Assembly (NCBI GenBank): GCA_002269645.1
Contig: NIVC01000500.1
Location: forward strand, 62,001 to 126,000
Length of the DNA: 64,000 nucleotides
Origin: Macrostomum lignano
Lineage: Eukaryota
Direction: 5' to 3'
Both the position numbers and the translations under genes were made by a program. The notes below the pieces were generated by a model that saw only the letters and a program-made list of their open reading frames with translations, did not search any database and had not been told where the DNA came from. Shown in pieces: positions 43,404 through 55,900 of this stretch (position 1 is its first letter; each line of letters opens with the position of its first letter).

Positions 43404-46400
43404 CTATTCTGCAGTGGCAGTAGCCTCTCCAGCTCCGCCGCCATCGCCATCATTGCCAGCCTCATCTCCAGCTTCCCGCGACAGACCCGGCGCAGCTAGC
43501 CGATATCGAACCGTAGCGCCACCATTTCTACGCACAAATTCTACTAATTCTTTAGCGCTCCGCTTCCGGCTGACAACTAAACAGCGGGTGTCATTGTCGC
43601 CGCTATAGGACCGGCTGGCCAGGCCCAGCCTGAGGCACTGCGAGTGCACGTATCGGCGCTCCTCGTTGGTGAAATCCGACGCAAAGAACAGATCGTCGCG
43701 ATCGGTTGGATCGCGTTGGAAATCGCGCAAGACTCGGCCGACGCCGGTTTGGAAGCTGGCTGAAACGGCGCCAGTGGCGCCGGAGCCGCCGCTTGCAGAA
43801 TCGGCGCCCAGACCCGCCCGGCTGACGATGCGGACGTCGTTGGCGACGGGTTCAGCGCGACCCTCAAGCCGCTTACCGATGCCGCCGACACCCGACCAAC
43901 CCATGCCTTTGAGCAGGCGGTGGCCAACGTTATCGGAGCCGATTTTCTCTGAAGACAGGGAGACAGGCTGGTCGGTTTGAACCGCGTAAGGACTTGGCAG
44001 AGAGTGCAATGTGCTCTGCTTTACAACTGACGCTGGCACTAGATAACTGAGGCATTGATAAGAAGGCCCAGCAACTGAGGATCTGGGAGACTGGCTTAGC
44101 AACTGAGGATCTGGGAGGCTGGCTTAGCAACTGAGGATCTGGGAGGCTGGCTTAGCAACTGAGGATCTGGGAGGCTGGCTTAGCAACTGAGGATCTGGGA
44201 GGCTGGCTTAGCAACTGAGGATCTGGGAGGCTGGCTTAGCAACTGAGGATCTGGGAGACTGGCTTAGCAACTGAGGATCTGGGAGGCTGGCTTAGCAACT
44301 GAGGATCTGGGAGGCTGGCTTAGCAACTGAGGATCTGGGAGGCTGGCTTAGCAACTGAGGATCTGGGAGGCTGGCTTAGCAACTGAGGATCTGGGAGACT
44401 GGATTAGCAACTGACACTCTGGGAGGCTGGCCTAGCAACTGACGATCTGAGGCTGGCCCAGCAACTGAGGATCTGGGAGGCTGGCTCAGCAACTCAGGAT
44501 CTGGGAGGCTGGCTTAGCAACTGAGGATCTGGGAGGCTGGCTTAGCAACTGACACTCTGGGAGGGTGGCCCAGCAACTGACACTCTGGGAGGGTGGCCCA
44601 GCAACTGACACTCTGGAAGGCTGGCCCAGCAACTGACACTCTGGGAGGCTGGCCCAGCAACTGACACTCTGGGAGGCTGGCCCAGCAACTGACACTCTGG
44701 GAGGCTGGCCCAGCAACTGACACTCTGGGAGGCTGGCTTAGCAACTGAGGATCTGGGAGGCTGGCTTAGCAACTGAGGATCTGGGAGGCTGGCTTAGCAA
44801 CTGAGGATCTGGGAGGCTGGCTTAGCAACTGAGGATCTGGGAGACTGGATTAGCAACTGAGGATCTGGGAGGCTGGCTTAGCAACTGAGGATCTGGGAGA
44901 CTGGCTTAGCAACTGAGGATCTGGGAGGCTGGCTTAGCAACTGACACTCTGGGAGGGTGGCCCAGCAACTGACACTCTGGGAGGGTGGCCCAGCAACTGA
45001 CACTCTGGGAGGCTGGCCCAGCAACTGACACTCTGGGAGGCTGGCCCAGCAACTGACACTCTGGGAGGCTGGCCCAGCAACTGACACTCTGGGAGGCTGG
45101 CCCAGCAACTGACACTCTGGGAGGCTGGCCTAGCAACTGAGGATCTGAGGCTGGCCCAGCAACTGAGGATCTGGGAGGCTGGCCCAGCAACTCAGGATCT
45201 GGGAGGCTGGCTTAGCAACTGAGGATCTGGGAGGCTGGCTTAGCAACTGAGGATCTGGGAGACTAGCTTAGCAACTGAGGATCTGGGAGGCTGGCTTAGC
45301 AACTGAGGATCTGGGAGGCTGGCCCAGCAACTGACACTCTGGGAGGGTGGCCCAGCAACTGACACTCTGGGAGGCTGGCCCAGCAACTGACACTCTGGGA
45401 GGGTGGCCCAGCAACTGACACTCTGGAAGGCTGGCCCAGCAACTGACACTCTGGGAGGCTGGCCCAGCAACTGACACTCTGGGAGGCTGGCCTAGCAACT
45501 GAGGATCTGGGAGACTGGCTTAGCAACTGAGGATCTGGGAGGCTGGCTTAGCAACTGAGGATCTGGGAGACTGGCTTAGCAACTGAGGATCTGGGAGGCT
45601 GGCTTAGCAACTGAGGATCTGGGAGACTGGCTTAGCAACTGACACTCTGGGAGGGTGGCCCAGCAACTGACACTCTGGAAGGCTGGCCCAGCAACTGACA
45701 CTCTGGGAGGCTGGCCCAGCAACTGACACTCTGGGAGGCTGGCCCAGCAACTGACACTCTGGGAGGCTGGCCCAGCAACTGACACTCTGGGAGGCTGGCC
45801 TAGCAACTGAGGATCTGAGGCTGGCCCAGCAACTGAGGATCTGGGAGGCTGGCTCAGCAACTCAGGATCTGGGAGGCTGGCTTAGCAACTGAGGATCTGG
45901 GAGGCTGGCTTAGCAACTGAGGATCTGGGAGACTAGCTTAGCAACTGAGGATCTGGGAGGCTGGCCCAGCAACTGACACTCTGGGAGGGTGGCCCAGCAA
46001 CTGACACTCTGGGAGGGTGGCCCAGCAACTGACACTCTGGAAGGCTGGCCCAGCAACTGACACTCTGGGAGGCTGGCCCAGCAACTGACACTCTGGGAGG
46101 CTGGCCCAGCAACTGACACTCTGGGAGGCTGGCCCAGCAACTGACACTCTGGGAGGCTGGCTTAGCAACTGAGGATCTGGGAGGCTGGCTTAGCAACTGA
46201 GGATCTGGGAGGCTGGCTTAGCAACTGAGGATCTGGGAGGCTGGCTTAGCAACTGAGGATCTGGGAGACTGGATTAGCAACTGAGGATCTGGGAGGCTGG
46301 CTTAGCAACTGAGGATCTGGGAGACTGGCTTAGCAACTGAGGATCTGGGAGGCTGGCTTAGCAACTGACACTCTGGGAGGGTGGCCCAGCAACTGACACT

Positions 46401-49400
46401 CTGGGAGGCTGGCCCAGCAACTGACACTCTGGGAGGGTGGCCCAGCAACTGACACTCTGGGAGGCTGGCCCAGCAACTGACACTCTGGGAGGCTGGCCCA
46501 GCAACTGACACTCTGGGAGGCTGGCCCAGCAACTGACACTCTGGGAGGCTGGCCTAGCAACTGAGGATCTGAGGCTGGCCCAGCAACTGAGGATCTGGGA
46601 GGCTGGCCCAGCAACTCAGGATCTGGGAGGCTGGCTTAGCAACTGAGGATCTGGGAGGCTGGCTTAGCAACTGAGGATCTGGGAGGCTGGCCCAGCAACT
46701 GACACTCTGGGAGGCTGGCCCAGCAACTGACACTCTGGGAGGCTGGCCCAGCAACTGACACTCTGGGAGGGTGGCCCAGCAACTGACACTCTGGAAGGCT
46801 GGCCCAGCAACTGACACTCTGGGAGGCTGGCCCAGCAACTGACACTCTGGGAGGCTGGCCTAGCAACTGAGGATCTGGGAGACTGGCTTAGCAACTGAGG
46901 ATCTGGGAGGCTGGCTTAGCAACTGAGGATCTGGGAGACTGGCTTAGCAACTGAGGATCTGGGAGGCTGGCCTAGCAACTGAGGATCTGGGAGACTGGCT
47001 TAGCAACTGACACTCTGGGAGGGTGGCCCAGCAACTGACACTCTGGAAGGCTGGCCCAGCAACTGACACTCTGGGAGGCTGGCCCAGCAACTGACACTCT
47101 GGGAGGCTGGCCCAGCAACTGACACTCTGGGAGGCTGGCCTAGCAACTGAGGATCTGAGGCTGGCCCAGCAACTGAGGATCTGGGAGGCTGGCTTAGCAA
47201 CTGAGGATCTGGGAGGCTGGCTTAGCAACTGAGGATCTGGGAGACTAGCTTAGCAACTGAGGATCTGGGAGGCTGGCCCAGCAACTGACACTCTGGGAGG
47301 GTGGCCCAGCAACTGACACTCTGGGAGGCTGGCCCAGCAACTGACACTCTGGGAGGCTGGCCCAGCAACTGACACTCTGGGAGGCTGGCCTAGCAACTGA
47401 GGATCTGAGGCTGGCCCAGCAACTGAGGATCTGGGAGGCTGGCCCAGCAACTCAGGATCTGGGAGGCTGGCTTAGCAACTGAGGATCTGGGAGGCTGGCT
47501 TAGCAACTGAGGATCTGGGAGGCTGGCCCAGCAACTGACACTCTGGGAGGCTGGCCCAGCAACTGACACTCTGGGAGGCTGGCCCAGCAACTGACACTCT
47601 GGGAGGGTGGCCCAGCAACTGACACTCTGGAAGGCTGGCCCAGCAACTGACACTCTGGGAGGCTGGCCCAGCAACTGACACTCTGGGAGGCTGGCCTAGC
47701 AACTGAGGATCTGGGAGACTGGCTTAGCAACTGAGGATCTGGGAGGCTGGCTTAGCAACTGAGGATCTGGGAGACTGGCTTAGCAACTGAGGATCTGGGA
47801 GGCTGGCTTAGCAACTGAGGATCTGGGAGACTGGCTTAGCAACTGACACTCTGGGAGGGTGGCCCAGCAACTGACACTCTGGAAGGCTGGCCCAGCAACT
47901 GACACTCTGGGAGGCTGGCCCAGCAACTGACACTCTGGGAGGCTGGCCCAGCAACTGACACTCTGGGAGGCTGGCCTAGCAACTGAGGATCTGAGGCTGG
48001 CCCAGCAACTGAGGATCTGGGAGGCTGGCTTAGCAACTGAGGATCTGGGAGGCTGGCTTAGCAACTGAGGATCTGGGAGACTAGCTTAGCAACTGAGGAT
48101 CTGGGAGGCTGGCCCAGCAACTGACACTCTGGGAGGGTGGCCCAGCAACTGACACTCTGGGAGGGTGGCCCAGCAACTGACACTCTGGAAGGCTGGCCCA
48201 GCAACTGACACTCTGGGAGGCTGGCCCAGCAACTGACACTCTGGGAGGCTGGCCCAGCAACTGACACTCTGGGAGGCTGGCCCAGCAACTGACACTCTGG
48301 GAGGCTGGCCTAGCAACTGAGGATCTGAGGCTGGCCCAGCAACTGAGGATCTGGGAGGCTGGCTCAGCAACTCAGGATCTGGGAGGCTGGCTTAGCAACT
48401 GAGGATCTGGGAGGCTGGCTTAGCAACTGAGGATCTGGGAGACTAGCTTAGCAACTGAGGATCTGGGAGGCTGGCTCAGCAACTCAGGATCTGGGAGGCT
48501 GGCCCAGCAACTGACACTCTGGGAGGCTGGCCCAGCAACTGACACTCTGGGAGGGTGGCCCAGCAACTGACACTCTGGGAGGGTGGCCCAGCAACTGACA
48601 CTCTGGAAGGCTGGCCCAGCAACTGACACTCTGGGAGGCTGGCCTAGCAACTGAGGATCTGAGGCTGACCCAGCAACTGAGGATCTGGGAGGCTGGCCCA
48701 GTAACTGAGGATCTGGGAGGCTGGCCCAGCAACTGAGGATCTGGGAGATTAGTTAAATTTTAGATAAGTGAAGCAATGCGCTAGAATGCATATTAGATCA
48801 GAACTGAAAAGAACAGTCTGAATAACCAACCATCGTCAGCATTAGCCGCAGCAGTCCTCCCAGCCGCAGACTCCGTGTCGGGCCTAGTAAAGCCGGCATC
48901 GGCCTGAGCCATGATGAAGGCCCGATCCGAGCGCACAAACAGAGTCCAGCAGCGCTGACGCAGAGCGGCCAGCAGGCCGGCACCGGCCCCGGCTTTAGCC
49001 GCCTGCTTAGTCTCCGCCGACATAGCCGAAACGGGCCAATTATCCAATAAAATAGTGCATCGAAACTGCCTGCTGTTACTACTAGTAGTAGTAGCAGTAG
49101 TACCAGACGCTGGCGTTAATTCTTTAAATTCATAGCACAAAGTTCGCCTGCAAAAATCGGCGGAGCACTTCAGCACATTGGCCGGATTAGAAGCGGCAGA
49201 ATAGTTGGCCGCGCTGGCCGAATTGTCGTCTGTTTCAATTTCTCTCAGATAGAAATCGGTCAGGTTGACTCCGCTTAGATCCACTCCGTCGATGTCGGAA
49301 TTGGACAAAGCCGGCAGAGCCTTGGCCGCAGTGGCCGATGCTTCCTGCAGTTGCGAATCCAGATCTAGCGGTCGGGGTCGATTGCTGTTGCTGCTGCTTT

Positions 49401-51013
49401 TAGAAGCAGAAGGCTCGCATAGTCGCTTCCATGGAGGCTCTTCATTACCGTTGCTTTTAGCAGGGCGTTTCTGGCCTGTCATAGCATTAGGTAGATAATT
49501 AGATGAATTCGGTATCAGGATGAAGCAAGGGTCACCTTGAACTGTTCTAGCATAAAAGGTAAATGAGATAGTTACGCTATATATATAACAAAACGCTATT
49601 ATCCAACCTTTATAAGCTAATAAAATTAGTTAATCCAATCCAAGAAATAAGTAACTTTCAACTTTTCTTAAATTAACTTACAGCTGCTATATTTATTTTT
49701 GAATAGAAAACTTATTGAATAGACGAAAATTGTTGTTTAAAGGAAATACATGTAATATAACCTTTAACTAACTATAAATAATTTAGCAAGTGAATTGAAA
49801 ACACATACACGTAGTACGCTTACCTACTAAGTTAAAAAGGCATGAAACAAGTTCCAGACTACGCAATGTAAGGTAAGCAGTAGCATGCACTATTAAATAT
49901 CAAAATCGAGTTAAACAGTTCAATAACGACTTCGCTTATAGGCAGGTTGATCTGCTTGATCCCGCCGATCCTGGCGCTGCTGCTTACCACTGTTATGATG
50001 AGCATTGCCAGATGACGAGCCGTCGCCGCCACCGCCATTCCCAGCTAAGTAGACATCGATAGTGCGAGAGTACTGCTCTACCTGTAAACGAGAACAGAAT
50101 GTACTTTTATATGCGAGTAATCTTCTCGCTATATAAGCAAATTTGACGATTTAGACTCCATTATTAATTGATTATTACAGATGGACAGATGATGGCAGAT
50201 GGACAGATGTGCAACCGACAGCTCAGCCGCAGCTATTGCGTGGCGCATCTGAAGGCTGCGTACGGCTGTTCACTCCAAGCACTGGGGGTGTCGCCACACG
50301 CACCCTCAATTACCCCAGCTAATGCTGGCACCCGTTATATAGCTTGGGTGAACTGAAAGCAATGCAGAGTTAAGTGTCTTGCTCAAGGACACAAATTGTT
50401 CCAGTGGGATCGGAAATCGAACCTCCGACCTTCGTGAGTCCGACGCTCTGACCACTGGGCCACAATCCCAGCTGTAGCCTGTATGCCCCCATTATTAATG
50501 CACCATTTAAAGTGACTCTAGTGCGCCAATTAGAGCGACTCTAGTGCACCAATTAGAGCGACTCTAGTGCGCCAATTAGAGCGACTCTAGTGCGCCAATT
50601 AGAGCGACTCTAGTGCACCAATTAGAGCGACTCTAGTGCACCAATTAGAGCGACTCAAGTGCACCAATTAGAGCGACTCTAGTGCGCCAATTAGAGCGAC
50701 TCTAGTGAATTAATTAGAGCGACTCTAGTGCACCAATTAGAGCGACTCTAGTGCACCAGTGGAACTGAATACCATCAATGCCACAATAAAAATATGCAAT
50801 TCGCAAAATCAATGTCACACTCGCCTCATCCATCACTCGTTCCGGGTACACAGCACCGTGCAGACTACTATTCACATAGCAATGCGACAGGCAGACCAGC
50901 CTGTCAAACGGCAACTGATTGAAATTCATCTGCAGGAACGCCTGCCGACGCTTCCATTCCGTAGGATTTTCGAATTCTTTGCGCAGACTATTGATTAGTT
51001 CACTAGCAGACAT
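43404..51013 (-). CDS. NKRF: NKRF-like protein (XTBD - dsRBD-like - G-patch - R3H), ~520 aa
   Basis: Exons 51013-50825 (GC donor), 50081-49988, 49475-48831, 44038-43404 splice in frame. XTBD: ENPTEWKRRQAFL...DRLVCLSHCYVN...HGAVYPERVMDEV. dsRBD-like: FRCTILLDNWPVSAMSAETKQAAKAGA. G-patch: IGSDNVGHRLLKGMGWSGVGGIGKRLEGRAEPV. R3H: FTNEERRYVHSQCLRLGLASRSY. Confidence 0.8.
44068..48748. repeat. 28-bp minisatellite, ~165 copies, filling NKRF intron 3
   Basis: GCAACTGAGGATCTGGGAGGCTGGCTTA and GCAACTGACACTCTGGGAGGCTGGCCCA variants. Confidence 0.98.
50160..50469 (-). mobile_element. tRNA-derived SINE in NKRF intron 1
   Basis: Minus strand GGGATTGTGGCCCAGTGGTCAGAGCGTCGGACT (box A)...GGTTCGATTTCC (box B), then TTGTGTCCTTGAGCAAGACACTTAAC and CACCCAAGCTATATAACGGGTGCC, typical of conserved-core SINEs; AT-rich tail. 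Confidence 0.8.
50514..50757. repeat. 23-bp minisatellite (GACTCTAGTGCRCCAATTAGAGC) in NKRF intron 1
   Basis: About 10 tandem copies. Confidence 0.95.
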
Positions 51014-52679
51014 AATTACTGTTACTGCAGTGTTGGTGCTGGATTCAGAAAAGTTGAAATCAATGACAAAATGTTTTTCTATTAAAAGCTAGTCTTGAGC
51101 CTTATCTACACTTATTGCTAAAATATAATCTGCATCAAAATTCCCCTTTATTTGATAAAATAGTTAAACGTCCACCCCTATAGAGGATGTGTTAAATTTA
51201 ATCGAGACTGTAAACTAATTAAGTAGCCAGCCACTGAGCCTCCCACAAGTCCACAACTAAATGGGGATAAGCTTAGTGGAATGGTTCTTCCGACAAAACA
51301 AAAAAATCGATAATTGCCTCCCTGACCCACCCACCTACCCCCTAAATAATAAGGCGTAACTGTCGTGTTTGAGGGGGGTTAGAAAGTTAAGGATTGGTCT
51401 TAAGCGCCTACCAATAAAAAATCGATAAGCCGCACCGACCAACAACCCCCTACTAGGGAAGGAATATTATGTATAGTCAAGATAAGACGGCGTGTGAATT
51501 GAAGGTCAAACTAGAAAATCGAAAACCCTCAGCCAGACTAAAACAAACAGATAGATTGTTGTGATACTAAAATCGGGGTAGGGGCGGGGGGGGGGTGCTA
51601 CGAGTAAAAGCCCATCTATTGCACGAATAGATAGTCTTCAAGTTTCTTTCGTGTGTTAATTTCTTGATTTTTATTTTTCCATTTTCTAAAACGGCTAAAA
51701 GCTTACGTTAAAATTAAAAAACGACCAACCTTTCATAAGGCAAGCCACACTATACTCACCAAAACATAATTCTGGGATGTAATAAGACTGACAGGTAGTT
51801 CTGATTCAACCAGACAAAACTAATCTTGTAGTTGTAATATACTACTTACAAAGTTATAGCAACCACCCAAAATCATGAAGCGCAAATAAAAAGCTAATTC
51901 GGGTAAAAAGATAAAATTAGAATTTATTTAAACTGTGATAAAATACAACGAATAAGACTAACAAAAAAGAATGGATAGGTGATTTCGGAAGTATCTTAGT
52001 TAAAAACATGAAAGAAGAAATACGCGCATCAGAATCTTGGAAGAGCGTAATTGAAAAGGACAATGTAGTGAAAAATACCCCAAAACCAGCCCACATACCT
52101 AAAATATAGTTATTAATGTTTATTAATATCACAGATAATAATAAAAAAATGATTCCTTTATATAAAAATACAACACATTAATAAATATTTTCTTCAGTTT
52201 GACATTACCAACCAGTTGTTAGAGCCAATAAAATAAAAGAACTTTAAAATAAAAATGTTAGGACGGATTACATCGCATAAAACTGCTTTGCTTTGATATT
52301 CTTCAGTTGCCGTAGAAAATCGAAAAAGTCAATATAGCTAAGAAAGTTTTGTTTCCTGGAAAATATTTAAAAGCCCCATGTCTCGCCGTTGGCTTCTTAA
52401 AAAACGAAAGCCTTATTATCTTAGAAACGAAACGTCCCGCCGTATTACTTCTAGTAGCATAAAAATATGTTGGAATAACTATAGCTAAAATTGACGGATA
52501 ATAGATGTACTGGCAATAAATAATTACTGACTGACAAAAAACTTATAAATAGGTTGTTTTCTTAAAGATTAAGCATTCATTAAAGCCGTAGTGATAACTT
52601 TGCACTTTTGTTAATTCAAAGTCCCAAATTCAAGCGCAGTAAATAAACTTGCAAATTAAAAAAACAATACGAGCCAGTC

Positions 52680-52909
52680 TTAAGCCATAGAATCATCGAT
52701 AGTTGGTGAAGCCAGCATGTCCAACACGAAGTCTTCTGCGTGCTGCTGATGCTGCTGTTGTACCCCAGTCGCCATAGTCAAATGCGGCGGCGCCAAAGCC
52801 GATGATGTCGACGACGACGACGATGCTTGAGAAAACGGCGGTCGCGACGGCCTCGAAGTCAACGGCGGCGGTGGTGGCGGCGGCTGCATCGAAGCGAGAG
52901 TGGAACCGC

Positions 52910-52940
<31 letters not shown>

Positions 52941-55900
52941 CGCAGTTGGAGTCCCCGACTGAGTCAGCAGTGCAGCGTAGACAGCCCGCAGACGACTGGC
53001 GCAACTTTCGGCGGCCTCGTCGAGATCTGGCAGCATCGGGGCCGGATAGTGCCGACCGATGATGCAGCCGGCGACTTCTTGTACAGCCGGTGGAGCCAGC
53101 CAGGGCTCGTGCAGGTAGCGGGTTGGCAGGCGGGCCAGTTGCGGCAGGTAGTGACGGATGTAGTCGCCCTGAAATACACGATTAGTTTTGCCGAATATTT
53201 GAGGCGTTTTTTTATCTGCAACGCTGAAAGGCGCTTCTGCAATGACTCTGGGGCTGTACAGTCGTATCTGAGGCGTGCTAGAGTTGCTGTAGAATCACCG
53301 AGTTTCGTATGAAAGAAGCGTCACGAAAAAATAAAATAAACGTCATGTCAAAGATATAAGCATATTGAAAAAAAGTGACATAAAGCGTCATGTCAGATGT
53401 GAGAGTCAAGGCTTACATGTACGGGGGGATTGTTGAGATGCCAAGGCTTACATGTACGGGGGGATTGTTGAGATGTCAAGGCTTACATGTACGGGGGGAT
53501 TGTTGAGATGCCAAGGCTTACATGTACGGGGGGATTGTTGAGATGCCAAGGCTTACATGTACGGGGGGATTGTTGAGATGTCAAGGCTTACATGTACGGG
53601 GGGATTGTTGAGATGCCAAGGCTTACATGTACGGGGGATTGTTGAGATGTCAAGGCTTACATGTACGGGGGGATTGTTGAGATGCCAAGGCTTACATGTA
53701 CGGGGGGATTGTTGAGATGCCAAGGCTTACATGTACGGGGGGATTGTTGAGATGTCAAGGCTTACATGTACGGGGGATTGTTGAGATGCCAAGGCTTACA
53801 TGTACGGGGATTGTTGAGATGTCAAGGCTTACATGTACGGGGGGATTGTTGAGATGCCAAGGCTTACATGTACGGGGGATTGTTGAGATGTCAAGGCTTA
53901 CATGTACGGGGGGATTGTTGAGATGTCAAGGCTTACATGTACGGGGGGATTGTTGAAATGTCAAGGCTTACATGTACGGGGGGATTGTTGAGATGTCAAG
54001 GCTTACATGTACGGGGGGATTGTTGAGATGTCAAGGCTTACATGTACGGGGGGATTGTTGAGATGTCAAGGCTTACATGTACGGGGGGATTGTTGAGATG
54101 CCAAGGCTTACATGTACGGGGGGATTGTTGAGATGTCAAGGCTTACATGTACGGGGGATTGTTGAGATGCCAAGGCTTACATGTACGGGGGGATTGTTGA
54201 GATGTCAAGGCTTACATGTACGGGGGGATTGTTGAGATGCCAAGGCTTACATGTACGGGGGGATTGTTGAGATGTCAAGGCTTACATGTACGGGGGGATT
54301 GTTGAGATGTCAAGGCTTACGGGGAGAATTGCTAAGATGTCAAGGTTGAAGTCATAAGCTACATGTACGTAGTTTATTAAAAAATGTATTCAATTGTTCG
54401 TTGGCTCCCTAACGGGGACGCTGATTTCTCGTATAACAACTCTATCTAGTCTACTTGAGTTAGCAGCAAGTTAAGCGCCTGGACGACTTTTTCGCCGCTA
54501 TTTTACGATTCTACAAGTCAAATGATGCGCTCTTGACTTAACAGTCGTCTCTCCGCTGGATTACAGTCGTTTGAGTCATTAAAAAGTAATTAGAGTCGCC
54601 CCAGAGTCGCTAGAGTCACCAGTGATTTTTTGCAATGACTTTTTAGCGATTTTTGTCACGCCAGGTAACGCTTTCAATGGATATAATTGAATGAATGAAA
54701 ATTACACCAAGCTTACCTGCGGATCAAGCTTCCGGCCGGCAATCACAGGCGAATAGGCGCAGCCGAATGCCTGAAAGAAAGCGCTGCCAGACATCCAGAG
54801 CCACAAGCCGTTGTTAGTTGGCCATTCGGCGTCAATAAGAAGCTGCTCAAATAGCTTGGCACCGTCTTCCCAGTTCTAGGAGAAAAGTTTAATTTTTTTC
54901 AGTATAACAATATGGGATTAAGCTCCCATATCAAGATGTGATTAAGTGTGGGATTAAGCTACCTTATCAAGATGGGATCTAGTGTGGGATTAAGCTCCCA
55001 TATCAAGATGGGATCTAGTGTGGGATTAGCTCCCATATCAAGATGGGATCTAGTGTGGGATTAAGGTCCCATATCAAGATGGGATCTAGTGTGGGATTAA
55101 GCTCCCATATCAAGATGGGATATAGTGTGGGATTAGCTCTCATATCAAGATGGGATTTAGTGTGGGATTAAGCTCCCATATCAAGGTAGGATACGGTGTG
55201 ATTATAAGCTTCTAGCAGATGAAATTACGCATACCAACAGCTTATTTGCCAGAACTAACCTGAAACAGGTGGCCTCTAGTTAAAAAAGCCACAGCCGAAT
55301 ACCGGCAATATGGATGTGCCCAGCCTTCCAATCTGATCTGAGTCATAATTGCGTCAATCCAGGGCACCCCAGTCCGGGCGGTTGACCAAGCGCCAAAGGC
55401 GGCTTGATCCCGACACCAGGGTATCGGCAAGCACATTGGATTGCCTTCTAATCGATCAAAATTCGGATTAGCGTGCGCGGTCAAATAAAGATACTCGCGC
55501 CATAATAATTCGCCATAGATGTGCAACGGCGGCGGCTGCGCGGACGAGCCGCCTTTGATCTTTCGATAAAGATCGGTTAATTGGGCGTAGACTAATTTAG
55601 GCGACAAACAGCCGAAAGCCAGGTGACTTGATAAGCAAGTGCCAGACGGCATTAATAATTGGCTCTGATAGCGAGGCTTGCCGCCGTAGGTGGCCACCCA
55701 TGATCGGCGCTCCATGTGGCGAGTAAGCCTGGCCAGGGCTTCAGTCTCGCCGCCTCTAATTAGCACAGGTGTTGGCTGATAATTAGCCTCATCTTGGTCC
55801 AATCCCAATTCGCCTAGCGTCGGCAAGTTGAAAGCGTCTTCGTCAATAAATGAAGCGGCATTGCAGGTATTGCCGTTACTACTACTACTGGTTTTATTAT

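Noticed and set aside
44486-48732. Dozens of 66-94-aa ORFs (MLGQPPRVSVAGP...)
   Set aside because: Artefacts of the 28-bp intronic minisatellite.
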